A stretch of 64,000 bases of DNA from an uncultured Thermoplasmatales archaeon (GTDB lineage: Archaea > Thermoplasmatota > E2 > DHVEG-1): assembly GCA_964618505.1 (NCBI GenBank), contig CAZUBH010000009.1:9508-73507 (forward strand), written 5' to 3'. Below the pieces are notes generated by a model that saw only the letters and a list, made by a program, of their open reading frames with translations, had not been told where the DNA came from and made no database searches. Both the position numbers and the translations under genes were made by a program. Positions 28,479 through 38,605 of this stretch are shown here, piece by piece (the first letter of the stretch is position 1; each line of letters starts with the position of its first letter).

Positions 28479-28744
28479 CTTATTTCCCCTAAATATAATT
28501 ATTATATAGTTAAATTTATTTATATCTATAGTTAGATATTTGTCAATTGAAAAGCTTTATTGGAAGAAATCCAACTTTTTGGAAGTATCTAAATATGATA
28601 ATCTATAATGAGTATGTCAATATTTTATATTTATAGCTATAGCGATAATAGATGAAAAAAACTAAGATATATCAAACTAGATTATTGTTTATGTTTTAAT
28701 TATAAACAGAAACCTTTATTTTCAGCTTTTTTATTCCAAAGCTC

Positions 28745-29884
28745 ATGCAATTAGAACTCAATGAACAACAAAAAATGATTAAAAATATGGTAAAAGAATT
28801 TGCCGAAAAAGAAATTGCACCAATTGCTGAAGAGCTTGACAAAAAAGAAGAATATCCAACAAAAACACTTGAAAAAATGGCTAAGCTTGGACTTCTTGGG
28901 ATTATTATTCCTACTGAATTTGGGGGAGCAGGATTAGATTCAATTGCCTATGCAACTGTTATTGAAGAAATTTCACGCAAATGCGCATCTACTGGAGTAG
29001 TCACATCAGTACATAACTCTCTTGCAGCAGGACCAATAATTAAATACGGAACTGAAGAACAAAAGAAAAAATACCTGCCAATTCTTGCAAAAGGTGAAAA
29101 AATTGGAGCTTTTGCAGGAACGGAGCCAAATGCAGGTTCAGATCTTGGAGCAATGAAAACAACAGCTGTTCTAAAAGGGAATACGTACATTATAAACGGA
29201 GATAAAACATTTATTACTAGCGGCCCAAAAGCCGGTATTATTATTGTATTTGCAGTAACAGACAAAGAAGCAGGATCAAAAGGAATAAGTGCATTTATTG
29301 TAGAAAATAGTTTTAAAGGATACAAAGTCGGAAGTATTTTTGAAAAACTGGGAATTAACGCATCTCAAACATCAGAATTAATATTTGAAAACATGGAAGT
29401 TCCTAAAGAAAATTTGCTTGGAAAAGAAGGAGATGGTTTTAAGATAGCTCTTGGTACACTTGATGCTGGAAGAATTGGAATTGCTTCACAAGCTGTAGGT
29501 ATTGCACAAGCAGCACTTGATGAAAGCATTGAATACTCTAAACAAAGAGAGCAATTTGGAAGACCAATTGCAAAGTTTCAGGCAATTCAGTGGATGATAG
29601 CTGAAATGGCTACTAAAATTGATGCTGCTAGATGGCTTGTTAGAAACGCTTGTTATATCAAAGATAAGGGAGAAAGATTTAGTAAAGAAGCAGCCATGGC
29701 AAAGCTCTTTGCATCTGAAACAGCAATGGATTCAGTAATTAAGGCAGTTCAAATCCATGGCGGATATGGTTATACAAAAGAATACACTGTTGAAAGACTC
29801 TTCAGAGATGCAAAAATAACAGAGATTTATGAAGGAACTTCTGAAGTACAAAAAATGGTAATTGCAGGAAGTCTTTTAAGATAA
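28745..29884 (+). CDS. Acyl-CoA dehydrogenase (short/branched-chain type)
   Basis: TEPNAGSD, KTFIT, GRIGIASQA, QIHGGYGY and IYEGTSEVQ motifs. Confidence 0.95.
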   Translation: MQLELNEQQKMIKNMVKEFAEKEIAPIAEELDKKEEYPTKTLEKMAKLGLLGIIIPTEFGGAGLDSIAYATVIEEISRKCASTGVVTSVHNSLAAGPIIKYGTEEQKKKYLPILAKGEKIGAFAGTEPNAGSDLGAMKTTAVLKGNTYIINGDKTFITSGPKAGIIIVFAVTDKEAGSKGISAFIVENSFKGYKVGSIFEKLGINASQTSELIFENMEVPKENLLGKEGDGFKIALGTLDAGRIGIASQAVGIAQAALDESIEYSKQREQFGRPIAKFQAIQWMIAEMATKIDAARWLVRNACYIKDKGERFSKEAAMAKLFASETAMDSVIKAVQIHGGYGYTKEYTVERLFRDAKITEIYEGTSEVQKMVIAGSLLR

Positions 29885-29914
29885 ACAATTTAAATGGAAA
29901 TAAGGAGTGATTCG

Positions 29915-31537
29915 ATGGGGGAGTTTAATTATAAAAATGAATATGAAAAATGGAAATGGAACGTACCTCAGTCATATAACATAGGTTATGACACCGTCGA
30001 CAAACATGTAGAAGAAGGCAAAGGAGATAAAATAGCTCTATATTGGGAAAATTCAAAAGGAAATTCAAAGAAATTTACTTTTGAACAAATTATGAAACTT
30101 TCCAATAAGTTTGGAAATGTTTTAAGAAAATTAGATTTTAAAAAAGAAGATAGATTTTTGATAAGACTTCCAAATATACCTGAATTTCAAATATCTTTTA
30201 TCGGCGGAGTGAAAATAGGAGCTGTACCAATACCCTCAAGTGTGATGTTTAAGGAAAAAGAAATTGAATACCGGGTAAAAGACAGTTCATCAAAAGCAGT
30301 TATTACAACTTCCAAATATGTAAAAGAAGTTCAATCAATAAAAGATAATTGCGATTCTCTTGAGCATATAATTGTTATTGATGATGAAAATACTGATGAG
30401 CTTTATTATGAAGAGTTGATGAAAGAATCGTCAGATAAACTTGAACTTGAAAAGACAAAAAGCACTGATATGGCATTTTTCTGTTATACGTCAGGCACTA
30501 CAGGTAATCCAAAAGGAGCTGTTCATCTGCACAGATGGGTCATTGGAAACGATCCAAGTGTTTTTTACTGGGAAAATGCATCAGAATATGATATTGTTGG
30601 TCATACCGGCGATCTTAGCTGGATTTATCCACTAGGTAACGGGTTTTTATATTCTTGGAGATGGGGGATTTCAACATTTATTTATGATGGAAAATTCAAT
30701 CCAGAACGTTGGTTTGAACTTATTGAAAAATACAAAATTACAGTTTTATGTTCTGTTCCGACTGCTTTTAGAATGTTTTTGACTGTAAAAGAAGCAGAAA
30801 ACAAATACAATCTATCGTCCTTAAAACACTGCACCTCTGCTGGAGAGCCTCTAAATCCTGAAGTGTTTAGTGAATTTCAAAGAAGATTTGGAATTAATCT
30901 ATATGATGGTATTGGAATGACCGAGGTTATGGTTTATCTTTCAAACATGAAAGATATGCATATAAAACCAGGTTCTTGCGGAAAACCTCAACCAGGGCAT
31001 AGATGTGCAATTATAGATAAAAATGGAAATCCTTTGCCACAGGGCGAACCAGGCATGCTTGCTGTAAGAAAAGACGATCCTGGCCTTTTTAGAGAATACT
31101 GGAATAAACCAGAAAAAACCAAAAAAAGCTTTAAAGGAGATTGGTTTTTATCTGGAGATGTGTTATATCAAGACGAAGATGGTTACTTTTGGTTTAGCGG
31201 CAGAGATGATGACTTAATTATGGCAAGTGGCTATAGAATCTCACCGTTTGAAGTGGAGTCTGCAATAATTTCTCACCCAGATGTTTTAGAATGTGCTGTT
31301 GTTGCAAGTCCAGATAGCATGAGAGGTGTAATTGTAAAATCTTTCATAATACTTCATGAACCAAAAATTGCATCTGACAATCTTATAAAGGAAATTCAAG
31401 ACCACTGCAAAAAAGTTGCAGCTCCATATAAATATCCAAGAGAAATTGAATTTGTAGAAGAGCTTCCAAAAACTCAAAGTGGAAAAATAAAAAGAAAACA
31501 ACTAAGGGAGCTTGAAAAACAACGAAAAGGTGTTTAA
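29915..31537 (+). CDS. Acyl-CoA synthetase (medium-chain/ANL family)
   Basis: YTSGTTGNPKG, SAGEPL, DGIGMTE, SGRDDD and PKTQSGKIKR motifs; SD supports start 29915. Confidence 0.93.
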   Translation: MGEFNYKNEYEKWKWNVPQSYNIGYDTVDKHVEEGKGDKIALYWENSKGNSKKFTFEQIMKLSNKFGNVLRKLDFKKEDRFLIRLPNIPEFQISFIGGVKIGAVPIPSSVMFKEKEIEYRVKDSSSKAVITTSKYVKEVQSIKDNCDSLEHIIVIDDENTDELYYEELMKESSDKLELEKTKSTDMAFFCYTSGTTGNPKGAVHLHRWVIGNDPSVFYWENASEYDIVGHTGDLSWIYPLGNGFLYSWRWGISTFIYDGKFNPERWFELIEKYKITVLCSVPTAFRMFLTVKEAENKYNLSSLKHCTSAGEPLNPEVFSEFQRRFGINLYDGIGMTEVMVYLSNMKDMHIKPGSCGKPQPGHRCAIIDKNGNPLPQGEPGMLAVRKDDPGLFREYWNKPEKTKKSFKGDWFLSGDVLYQDEDGYFWFSGRDDDLIMASGYRISPFEVESAIISHPDVLECAVVASPDSMRGVIVKSFIILHEPKIASDNLIKEIQDHCKKVAAPYKYPREIEFVEELPKTQSGKIKRKQLRELEKQRKGV

Positions 31538-31538
31538 A

Positions 31539-32303
31539 ATGAATATAATAGTATGTGCAAAACAGGTTGTTGACGTATCAGAAATTAAAATTGATCCAAA
31601 TACAAACAAACCAATTCTTGCTGGAATACCAAACAAAATAAGCGATATTGACAAAAATGCAATGGAAGAAGCAATAAAAATAAAAGAAGCGAATGGAGGT
31701 AAAATAACAGTTTTAACTATTGGTCCCGCAGACGCAAAAGAAAAAATAAAAGAGCTTCTTGCAATGGGTGCCGATGAGGGTGTGCTTATTACACCGCCAG
31801 AAAAAACAGATTATTTTATTATTTCAAATATACTTGCTGGCGCAATTAAAAAAATTGGCGAATATGACATAATAATATGTGGCGAAGCATCGATAGATCT
31901 TTTTTCAGGTCAAATTGGGCCCAGAATTGCAGGTATTCTAAATATGCCTCAAATAACATACGCCCAAAGTACAAAAGTTGAAAAAGATAAAATAACATCA
32001 GATAAAAATCTAGGAGATAAATCAGTTTCAATGCAATCAGCCTATCCAGTTCTTCTTACTGTTACAAAAGAGATTAATGAACCAAGACTCCCAAGTTTAA
32101 TGCAGATACTTGCAGCAGCAAATAAACCAATACATGACTGGAAAGTGGAAGATGTCTTACCTGAAAAAATTGAGCCAAAAATTTCTACAATTGAGATTAA
32201 AGGTGTTTCAATGGACAGAAAAAATATGATTTATCAAGATGATATTGATGAATCTGTTAAAAAACTTGTAAACGAACTTGCAAAAGAGGGTTTTTTGAGG
32301 TGA
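31539..32303 (+). CDS. etfB: Electron transfer flavoprotein beta subunit
   Basis: IVCAKQV, LAMGADEG, GEASID, NEPRLPSL motifs. Confidence 0.93.
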   Translation: MNIIVCAKQVVDVSEIKIDPNTNKPILAGIPNKISDIDKNAMEEAIKIKEANGGKITVLTIGPADAKEKIKELLAMGADEGVLITPPEKTDYFIISNILAGAIKKIGEYDIIICGEASIDLFSGQIGPRIAGILNMPQITYAQSTKVEKDKITSDKNLGDKSVSMQSAYPVLLTVTKEINEPRLPSLMQILAAANKPIHDWKVEDVLPEKIEPKISTIEIKGVSMDRKNMIYQDDIDESVKKLVNELAKEGFLR

Positions 32304-32308
32304 TATGA

Positions 32309-33256
32309 ATGGTACTTGTTTATTCTGATGAAAAAAATTTAACTATTGAAATGATTGCAAAAGCAAGCGAAATTGCAAAAGAAATGAACAAAAAAGTAAA
32401 TGCAGTTGCAGTCGGAGAAGATTTTTCCAAAGATTATATAGCACATGGTGCTGACAATGTTTATTTTGTCGAAACAACTGAACAAAATTTCAAAGCTGAA
32501 GAGTATACAAATATTTTAAAAAATATTATTGAAGAATCTGGCTCAGAGACAATTTTTATAGGTTCAAATAAAAATGGCAAAGAACTCGCAGGAAGATTGG
32601 CAGCTATATTTGAAGCAGGTTGTATTACAGATTGTATAGATGTTTATGTAAAAGATAAAAAAATCACTGCAGAAAGAATTGTTTATAGTGGAAACGCAGT
32701 TGCTGTAGAACAATTTAATTCAAAACCGCAAATAGTCACAATTCCATCAAAACTGTTTGATCCAATTCCTGAAGATTCAAAGAAATCTGGAGAGGTTATA
32801 AAAAAGAAAATTGATGCTGAAAAATCTCCTTCAAAAATTTTAAAAGTACAAGAGTTAAAAACAGAAGGAGCAAATGTAGAAGATGCAGAAATAATCGTTT
32901 CTTGTGGTCGTGGAGTAAAAAATAAAGAAGATATTAAAATAGTAAATGAACTTGCAGAAGTAATTAAAGGAAAAACGGTCGGTTGTTCAAGACCTATTGC
33001 AGCAGACCTAAAGTGGCTTTCTGAGGATCATTGGATAGGGCTTTCAGGACATAAAGTTAAACCAAAATTATACATTGCAGCAGGAATCTCAGGTCAAATA
33101 CAGCATATCGCAGGAATGAGAGATTCTGGTGTTATTGTAGCAATAAATAAAGATCCTGAAGCACTAATATTCAAATCTGCTGACTATGGAATAGTTGGAG
33201 ATTTGTACGAAGTTTTACCAAAACTTACAAGTGCAATAAAGGAAAAAATAGGTTAA
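32309..33256 (+). CDS. etfA: Electron transfer flavoprotein alpha subunit
   Basis: VSCGRG, CSRP, IGLSG, ISGQIQH and AINKDPEA motifs. Confidence 0.94.
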   Translation: MVLVYSDEKNLTIEMIAKASEIAKEMNKKVNAVAVGEDFSKDYIAHGADNVYFVETTEQNFKAEEYTNILKNIIEESGSETIFIGSNKNGKELAGRLAAIFEAGCITDCIDVYVKDKKITAERIVYSGNAVAVEQFNSKPQIVTIPSKLFDPIPEDSKKSGEVIKKKIDAEKSPSKILKVQELKTEGANVEDAEIIVSCGRGVKNKEDIKIVNELAEVIKGKTVGCSRPIAADLKWLSEDHWIGLSGHKVKPKLYIAAGISGQIQHIAGMRDSGVIVAINKDPEALIFKSADYGIVGDLYEVLPKLTSAIKEKIG

Positions 33257-33281
33257 ATCTGAATTTTTTCAGATTTTTATA

Positions 33282-33824
33282 ATGATTCACATGTCAAGAG
33301 AAATAGATAAAAAGCTAATTTCCGAAATACCTAAAAAAAAAATTGCTGATTTTATTTTTTTACATTTAAGAGATATGTGGGCAGTTGATGGTTTTTACTA
33401 TCTTTTTATTGAAGAAAAATGGGGAACTAAAGAAGCGACAGAAATTGATAGAAAAGTCTGGGATGTAATGGGTAAGATAGAAGCAAGAAAAATAAAACAA
33501 TTTTTCAATTTTACAAAAGATGATATTCCAACAATGATCAAAGCCTTAAGTTATTCTGGATGGGCACTTGATTTAGAAGATAAAGAAATTATTATAAAAA
33601 AAGATAAAGCAATAGTGAGAAACACTAAATGTAGAGTGCAAAACACTAGAATTAAAAAAGGTCTTGGTGAATTTGGATGTAAACCAGTAAGGTTTGGATT
33701 TTTAAATGCATTTGCAAAGGAATTTAATGAAAATATAATAGTTAATTGCAAAATGTGTCCACCTGATGATCATCCTGAAGATATGTGGTGTATTTGGGAA
33801 TTTAGTATGAAGGGAGATAAATGA
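33282..33824 (+). CDS. DUF6125-like (V4R-related) protein
   Basis: WAVDGFYY, CRVQ..R...G....CK and CPPD.HP...C.W.F patterns. Confidence 0.6.
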   Translation: MIHMSREIDKKLISEIPKKKIADFIFLHLRDMWAVDGFYYLFIEEKWGTKEATEIDRKVWDVMGKIEARKIKQFFNFTKDDIPTMIKALSYSGWALDLEDKEIIIKKDKAIVRNTKCRVQNTRIKKGLGEFGCKPVRFGFLNAFAKEFNENIIVNCKMCPPDDHPEDMWCIWEFSMKGDK

Positions 33825-35278
33825 AAACTTCAAAAGAATATAAGCAAAGCTTAAAGAAAATGAGGCCTAACATTTACAAATTTGGTAAATTAATAAAAGA
33901 TGTAACAACACATCCTGCAACAAAAAGAACTGTTGAAGGACATGCTCAAATATTTGATACCTCTCAAAAAGAAGAATACAAAGACATCTTAACTACAAAA
34001 TCAAAAATTACTGGAAAGCAAGTTTCTAGATATTTATCTATTATTGGCAGTTTTGAGGATATGGCTGCAAATGTTAAAATGAAACGTTTAATGTTTAATC
34101 TTACTGGAACCTGCACTGGAGGAAGATGTGCAGGATTTAATGCTCTAAATGCTATGTGGGCTGCAACCTATGATATAGACAAAGAGTTTGGAACTAATTA
34201 TCATGAGAGGATAAAAACTTGGTTAAAAGACTCTCAAGAAAGAGATATAACTTTATCAGGAGCTTTAACTGACCCAAAAGGTGATAGATCAAAATCGCCT
34301 TCAAATCAAAAAGATCCGGATATGAGTTTAAGAGTCGTTAAAGAAAATAAAGATGGCATAGTCGTAAGAGGAGCAAAGGTCATGATTTGTGGTGTTGCCG
34401 CTGCAAATGAAATTTTTGTCATGCCCGGAACTGGCTACAGAGAACAAGACAAGGATTATGCAGTTTCTTTTGTTATTTCTAGAGATATAGAAAATCTAAC
34501 AATAGTAGAGTCAAGAAGACCAAGTGACAACAGAGAACTTGAAGACGGCTTTGACACGCCAGTAGATATTGGAGGAATTACCCAAGCCTACCTTTTATTT
34601 GAAGATGTATTTGTTCCAAAAGAAAGAGTTTTTATGTGTAAGGAATTTGGCTATTCTATTAAAGCAGTAATGAACTTTGTCGCACCCTATAGATCAGCAA
34701 TAGGTGGTTGTGTTGCAGGACAAGGCGATGTTATGATTGGTGCCGCAGCACTTATGGCACGAGCTAATGGATTATCAGAAAAAGCATTCAGAGAAAAAAT
34801 TACTCAAATGATAATTAACAATGAAACAACCTTTGGTATGGGACTTGCAGCAGGTGCTATGGGCAAAAAACATCCATCGGGAGTTTGGATTCCAGATCAT
34901 CTAATTTCCAATGTAAACAAAGTACATGTAGCAACACTCCCATACGATACAAAAAGAATTACACAAGATATTGCAGGAGGTATTGCTGAAACAGGTTGTT
35001 TACCATCATGTCAGGACATTAATGATCCTAAATATGGAGAATTATTGCAAAAATATCTGAAGGCAAATTGTTCAGGTGAAACAAGGGCAAAGATTGCAAG
35101 ACTCATCGAATGGCTAACAATTGGTTCTGGTGTACCTGGTTGCATGCATGGAGGAGGATCACCAGATGGTGCAAAATTGATGGTAAATGCTAAGACAGAT
35201 ATTAATCATTATATAGAACTGGCAAAACGATTGGCTAATATAAAGGAAGACATAAAGGTTGAATCAAAGAAGAAATAA
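33821..35278 (+). CDS. 4-hydroxybutyryl-CoA dehydratase / HpaB-family flavin (Fe-S) enzyme, divergent
   Basis: TCTGGRC (CxxxC), ALTDPKGDRS, VRGAK, GGC and MHGGGSP motifs. Confidence 0.88.
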   Translation: MKTSKEYKQSLKKMRPNIYKFGKLIKDVTTHPATKRTVEGHAQIFDTSQKEEYKDILTTKSKITGKQVSRYLSIIGSFEDMAANVKMKRLMFNLTGTCTGGRCAGFNALNAMWAATYDIDKEFGTNYHERIKTWLKDSQERDITLSGALTDPKGDRSKSPSNQKDPDMSLRVVKENKDGIVVRGAKVMICGVAAANEIFVMPGTGYREQDKDYAVSFVISRDIENLTIVESRRPSDNRELEDGFDTPVDIGGITQAYLLFEDVFVPKERVFMCKEFGYSIKAVMNFVAPYRSAIGGCVAGQGDVMIGAAALMARANGLSEKAFREKITQMIINNETTFGMGLAAGAMGKKHPSGVWIPDHLISNVNKVHVATLPYDTKRITQDIAGGIAETGCLPSCQDINDPKYGELLQKYLKANCSGETRAKIARLIEWLTIGSGVPGCMHGGGSPDGAKLMVNAKTDINHYIELAKRLANIKEDIKVESKKK

Positions 35279-35346
35279 TTTGTATATCGGTAATTTTATA
35301 AGGTCATATTAGATGATAATATTAATATTGGGAATGGGGAGTAAAA

Positions 35347-35673
35347 ATGAAAAATAAATATGGAATTATACAATCGACTTCAACGAGCTGTTCTTTTTAC
35401 AAGCAAGACTCTGACGGAAATCAGTCGACATTCAACATTTTTGTAGCTCCAAAAATGGATGAAGAAGAAAAAAAATCAATTTTTGCTTTTATAGATAATG
35501 AGCAGATAAAACAAAAGAGTTGGTTTGGCACAAATGACGTTGAGGTTAAAGACGTAGTTCAAGCTTTTAGAGAATGGGCATCAGATGCACCTTTTATGTT
35601 TGAACTTGATGCTCAAAAAAGTATGGGCGAATGTCTTGGCTCAAAACTTAAAAAAACTAATGAAAATGAGTAG
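35347..35673 (+). CDS. Hypothetical protein
   Basis: 108 aa ORF with GGAG SD; no overlap with other genes. Confidence 0.6.
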   Translation: MKNKYGIIQSTSTSCSFYKQDSDGNQSTFNIFVAPKMDEEEKKSIFAFIDNEQIKQKSWFGTNDVEVKDVVQAFREWASDAPFMFELDAQKSMGECLGSKLKKTNENE

Positions 35674-35683
35674 AAACTCATTT

Positions 35684-36964
35684 CTATTTTTCTTTAAGAG
35701 ATTCTTCTACAAAGTTAGGCAATATAAATGACGATTTGTGAATGTTTTCGTTGTAATATCTTAATTTATGATTTTTAACAAACTTTTTTGCTTTTTGCAT
35801 ATCAAAATCATTTAATGGATGCACTTTTCCTTTTGAAGAAAATGAAAAACTCCACATTCCAGATGGATACGTTGGAATGAATGCCAAATAACAAAACACA
35901 TTACTTTTACCGAAAATTTCTTTATAACATTTGAAAATCTCTTTGAAAATTTTATTATTAAAATGAGGAGATTCACTTTGTGTAACTAAAATACCATCCT
36001 TTTTTAATATTCTATATACCTGTTTGTAAAAATCTTTTGTGAACAATCCTTCAGATGGGCCTAATGGATCTGTTGAATCAACAAGAACAATATCAAAAGA
36101 TTCATCAACAGAATTATTTACATATTTAATTCCATCTTCAACCTTTAAATCTAGTTTTGGATTATTAAATTCTGTTGAAATGGTCTTTAAGTATTTTTTG
36201 CAAGCCTCAATTACAACATCGTCAATTTCAACCATTACAACTTCATTTACAGATTTATGTTTTAGTACTTCTCTAATGGCTCCTCCATCTCCACCGCCTA
36301 TCACAAGTACTCTTTCTGGATTGGGATGCACAATCATTGGAACATGCGCAATCATTTCATGATAAACATATTCGTCTTTTTCTGTAGTCATCACCTTTCT
36401 ATCTAAAGTTAGCATTCTACCATAAGCCAGCGTATCAAAAACTTCCACTTGCTGATATTTTGATTGTTTCCTAAATAAGGGATCGCCTGAATGTCTAAAT
36501 GAGTAGGCAACATTTTCGTCTCTTTCTGTGAACCAAATATTTCTCGTGTATTTTGTTGGCTTTTTTGTTTTTTCATATTTTTTATTTTTTGATTTTATTT
36601 CAATTTTTTCTAAAAGATCAACAGTTCCTCTGTGCATTTCAATTGCAGAACCATGTTTTGCCTTCAGTGATTTTTCCAAGTAATTATATGCAACCCAAGG
36701 ATTTATGTTGTCTCCACAAGTAAAAATATCAATAGATGCAAAACCATATTCAGGCCAAGTATGAATTGATAAATGACTTTCTTCAATTACAACAACACCG
36801 GAAACGCCTATTGGAGAGAAATGATGAAATGTAGAATTAATAACAGTTGATCCTGCTTTTTGTGCAGCTTCTACCATACTTTTTTCAATGTGATACACAT
36901 CATTAAGTATTTCAGATGAACATTCATAAAATTCAACTACCACATGCCTACCTAACGCATTCAT
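35684..36964 (-). CDS. speD-speE: S-adenosylmethionine decarboxylase - spermidine synthase fusion
   Basis: N-terminal GRH...VVIEESHLSIHTWPE...DIFTCG; C-terminal YHEMIAH, IGGGDGG, DSTDP. Confidence 0.92.
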   Translation of the reverse strand: MNALGRHVVVEFYECSSEILNDVYHIEKSMVEAAQKAGSTVINSTFHHFSPIGVSGVVVIEESHLSIHTWPEYGFASIDIFTCGDNINPWVAYNYLEKSLKAKHGSAIEMHRGTVDLLEKIEIKSKNKKYEKTKKPTKYTRNIWFTERDENVAYSFRHSGDPLFRKQSKYQQVEVFDTLAYGRMLTLDRKVMTTEKDEYVYHEMIAHVPMIVHPNPERVLVIGGGDGGAIREVLKHKSVNEVVMVEIDDVVIEACKKYLKTISTEFNNPKLDLKVEDGIKYVNNSVDESFDIVLVDSTDPLGPSEGLFTKDFYKQVYRILKKDGILVTQSESPHFNNKIFKEIFKCYKEIFGKSNVFCYLAFIPTYPSGMWSFSFSSKGKVHPLNDFDMQKAKKFVKNHKLRYYNENIHKSSFILPNFVEESLKEK

Positions 36965-37030
36965 GAAAATCCCGCCAATTATAAATGCCGTAATTTACAT
37001 CAGTTTAAAATAATTTAGGTCAATTTTTTG

Positions 37031-37951
37031 TTAAAAGAAGTTCTTTAAATCTTCATTTTTTATATGATGAACCTCCACCATGTGGTGAGGTTTATATGAC
37101 ATCTTAGCTTTTCTTAAGCCGGGAACTCCCATATCAGTTTCCCTGTTGATAAATTTAAATTTTTTTTGTAATAATTTTGCAGCTTCCATATTAATTGCTT
37201 TATAGATTCCATCATAATAAGGTGAGCCTTTCTCATAGTGAATTACGGCTGTATCATCATTCATTTTTTCATAAACAGATATCGCTTCGATTTTATCTCT
37301 AACTTTTATAAATATTCCTTTAAGATCTAAATCAAAAAAGTGCTTCATTGAAAACATAATTGCTTTTTTTTCATTTTTTAAAAGCTCATCAGAATCGCAA
37401 TCTCTCCATAAGCACCACCTTCTTAAAAATCTTAAAACCTCTTCCATGTTATTTTCATTGATTTCTTCAACAGAATAATCAACATTTCTGGTAAATTTAT
37501 TCAATCTATTTCTAATTTTAGAGTAATCTCCTCCAGAAAGTTCAGCAAGATCTTTTGCTAGATATACATAATCAAAATATTCTCTATTTTTACCAAATTT
37601 GATATTTTTTAATTTAGAAGAAATGTATTTTTTTGATTCTTTGGTTATCATCCCTACTGCTATTTCTGTAGAATTTTCTTTTGCAATTTTTAAAAAATCT
37701 TTAAATAATTCGTCGTTTTTCTTCCCAATAGGAGGTCTAAATTGGATTTTATTTTTATATTTGGTTTTGATTATTAAATTTTCATCAACAAAATCATAAT
37801 AATAATCTATATAGCTACTCCAACTAATCATCGTCGTAAAGAGATAATCGCTATGTGTAATTGGATATTTTTTTGAGTGTTTTTCAAAAATATCTTTATC
37901 ATCTAACGAAATTTTTTTAAAATCTTTATCTGAAATCAGACTAATCACCAA
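37031..37951 (-). CDS. DUF2156 / aminoacyl-transferase-like (double GNAT fold) protein
   Basis: DYVY...L..L.G...KIRN, IHYEKG and INRETDMG.PGLRKAKMSY.P motifs. Confidence 0.82.
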   Translation of the reverse strand: MVISLISDKDFKKISLDDKDIFEKHSKKYPITHSDYLFTTMISWSSYIDYYYDFVDENLIIKTKYKNKIQFRPPIGKKNDELFKDFLKIAKENSTEIAVGMITKESKKYISSKLKNIKFGKNREYFDYVYLAKDLAELSGGDYSKIRNRLNKFTRNVDYSVEEINENNMEEVLRFLRRWCLWRDCDSDELLKNEKKAIMFSMKHFFDLDLKGIFIKVRDKIEAISVYEKMNDDTAVIHYEKGSPYYDGIYKAINMEAAKLLQKKFKFINRETDMGVPGLRKAKMSYKPHHMVEVHHIKNEDLKNFF

Positions 37952-38363
37952 ATCTGTAAAGCATTGGAATGTGATCTTTCATTTGTTTTAATCCAAGAGG
38001 TTTGTAAAAATCTTCACTTCCAGGTTCTGCAATAAGGCCTATCCAAAAAATATTTTTATTTAAGCAATGGTTAACTAAAAATTTAACCAGTTTTTTCCCA
38101 AGTCCTTTATTACGATATTCATTTTTTATTACTAAATCCTGAATGTAAGCATCGGAGACGCCATCAGAAATTAATCTTCCCATGCCTATCGCCTTTTTTG
38201 TTTTATTATTTATAACCACAACAAAAGCAAAACTTCCTTTAATCATTTTATTTATTGACTCTTTATTAAAAGAATCTTTCCACCAATTTCCAGATTTGTA
38301 AAGTTCAACAATCTCGTCTTCATCCCACTCACTTATTATTTTAAATTCAAATTCTTCGCTCAT
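37941..38363 (-). CDS. GNAT N-acetyltransferase
   Basis: IGMGRLISDG..AYIQDL, YRNKGLG and FYKPLG motifs. Confidence 0.88.
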   Translation of the reverse strand: MSEEFEFKIISEWDEDEIVELYKSGNWWKDSFNKESINKMIKGSFAFVVVINNKTKKAIGMGRLISDGVSDAYIQDLVIKNEYRNKGLGKKLVKFLVNHCLNKNIFWIGLIAEPGSEDFYKPLGLKQMKDHIPMLYRFGD

Positions 38364-38524
38364 AATTTAATCCATTTTTTTAAATTTTTTACAAGTAAAA
38401 TAATTCTCAAGGTTTAATAGCATTTTGAAATTTATTGAATCATGATTATTAGATAAATGTGTTATTTTTGTTATAATATTCCGAAACATATATAAAATGT
38501 TAATTGTATACATGCTACAGTATA

Positions 38525-38605
38525 TCAGATATAAAAAAATATGAGATGAGGATGAAGTAATAGTAAACCAAGGAGAGGAGGAAGGGTTTTTATTAGTTTC
38601 TTCAT
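38525..38605 (-). CDS. Possible 26-aa hydrophobic micro-ORF (MKKLIKTLPPLLGLLLLHPHLIFFYI)
   Basis: GGGGG SD 5 nt before the ATG; read by hand, below the ORF-track size cutoff. Confidence 0.3.
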   Translation of the reverse strand: MKKLIKTLPPLLGLLLLHPHLIFFYI

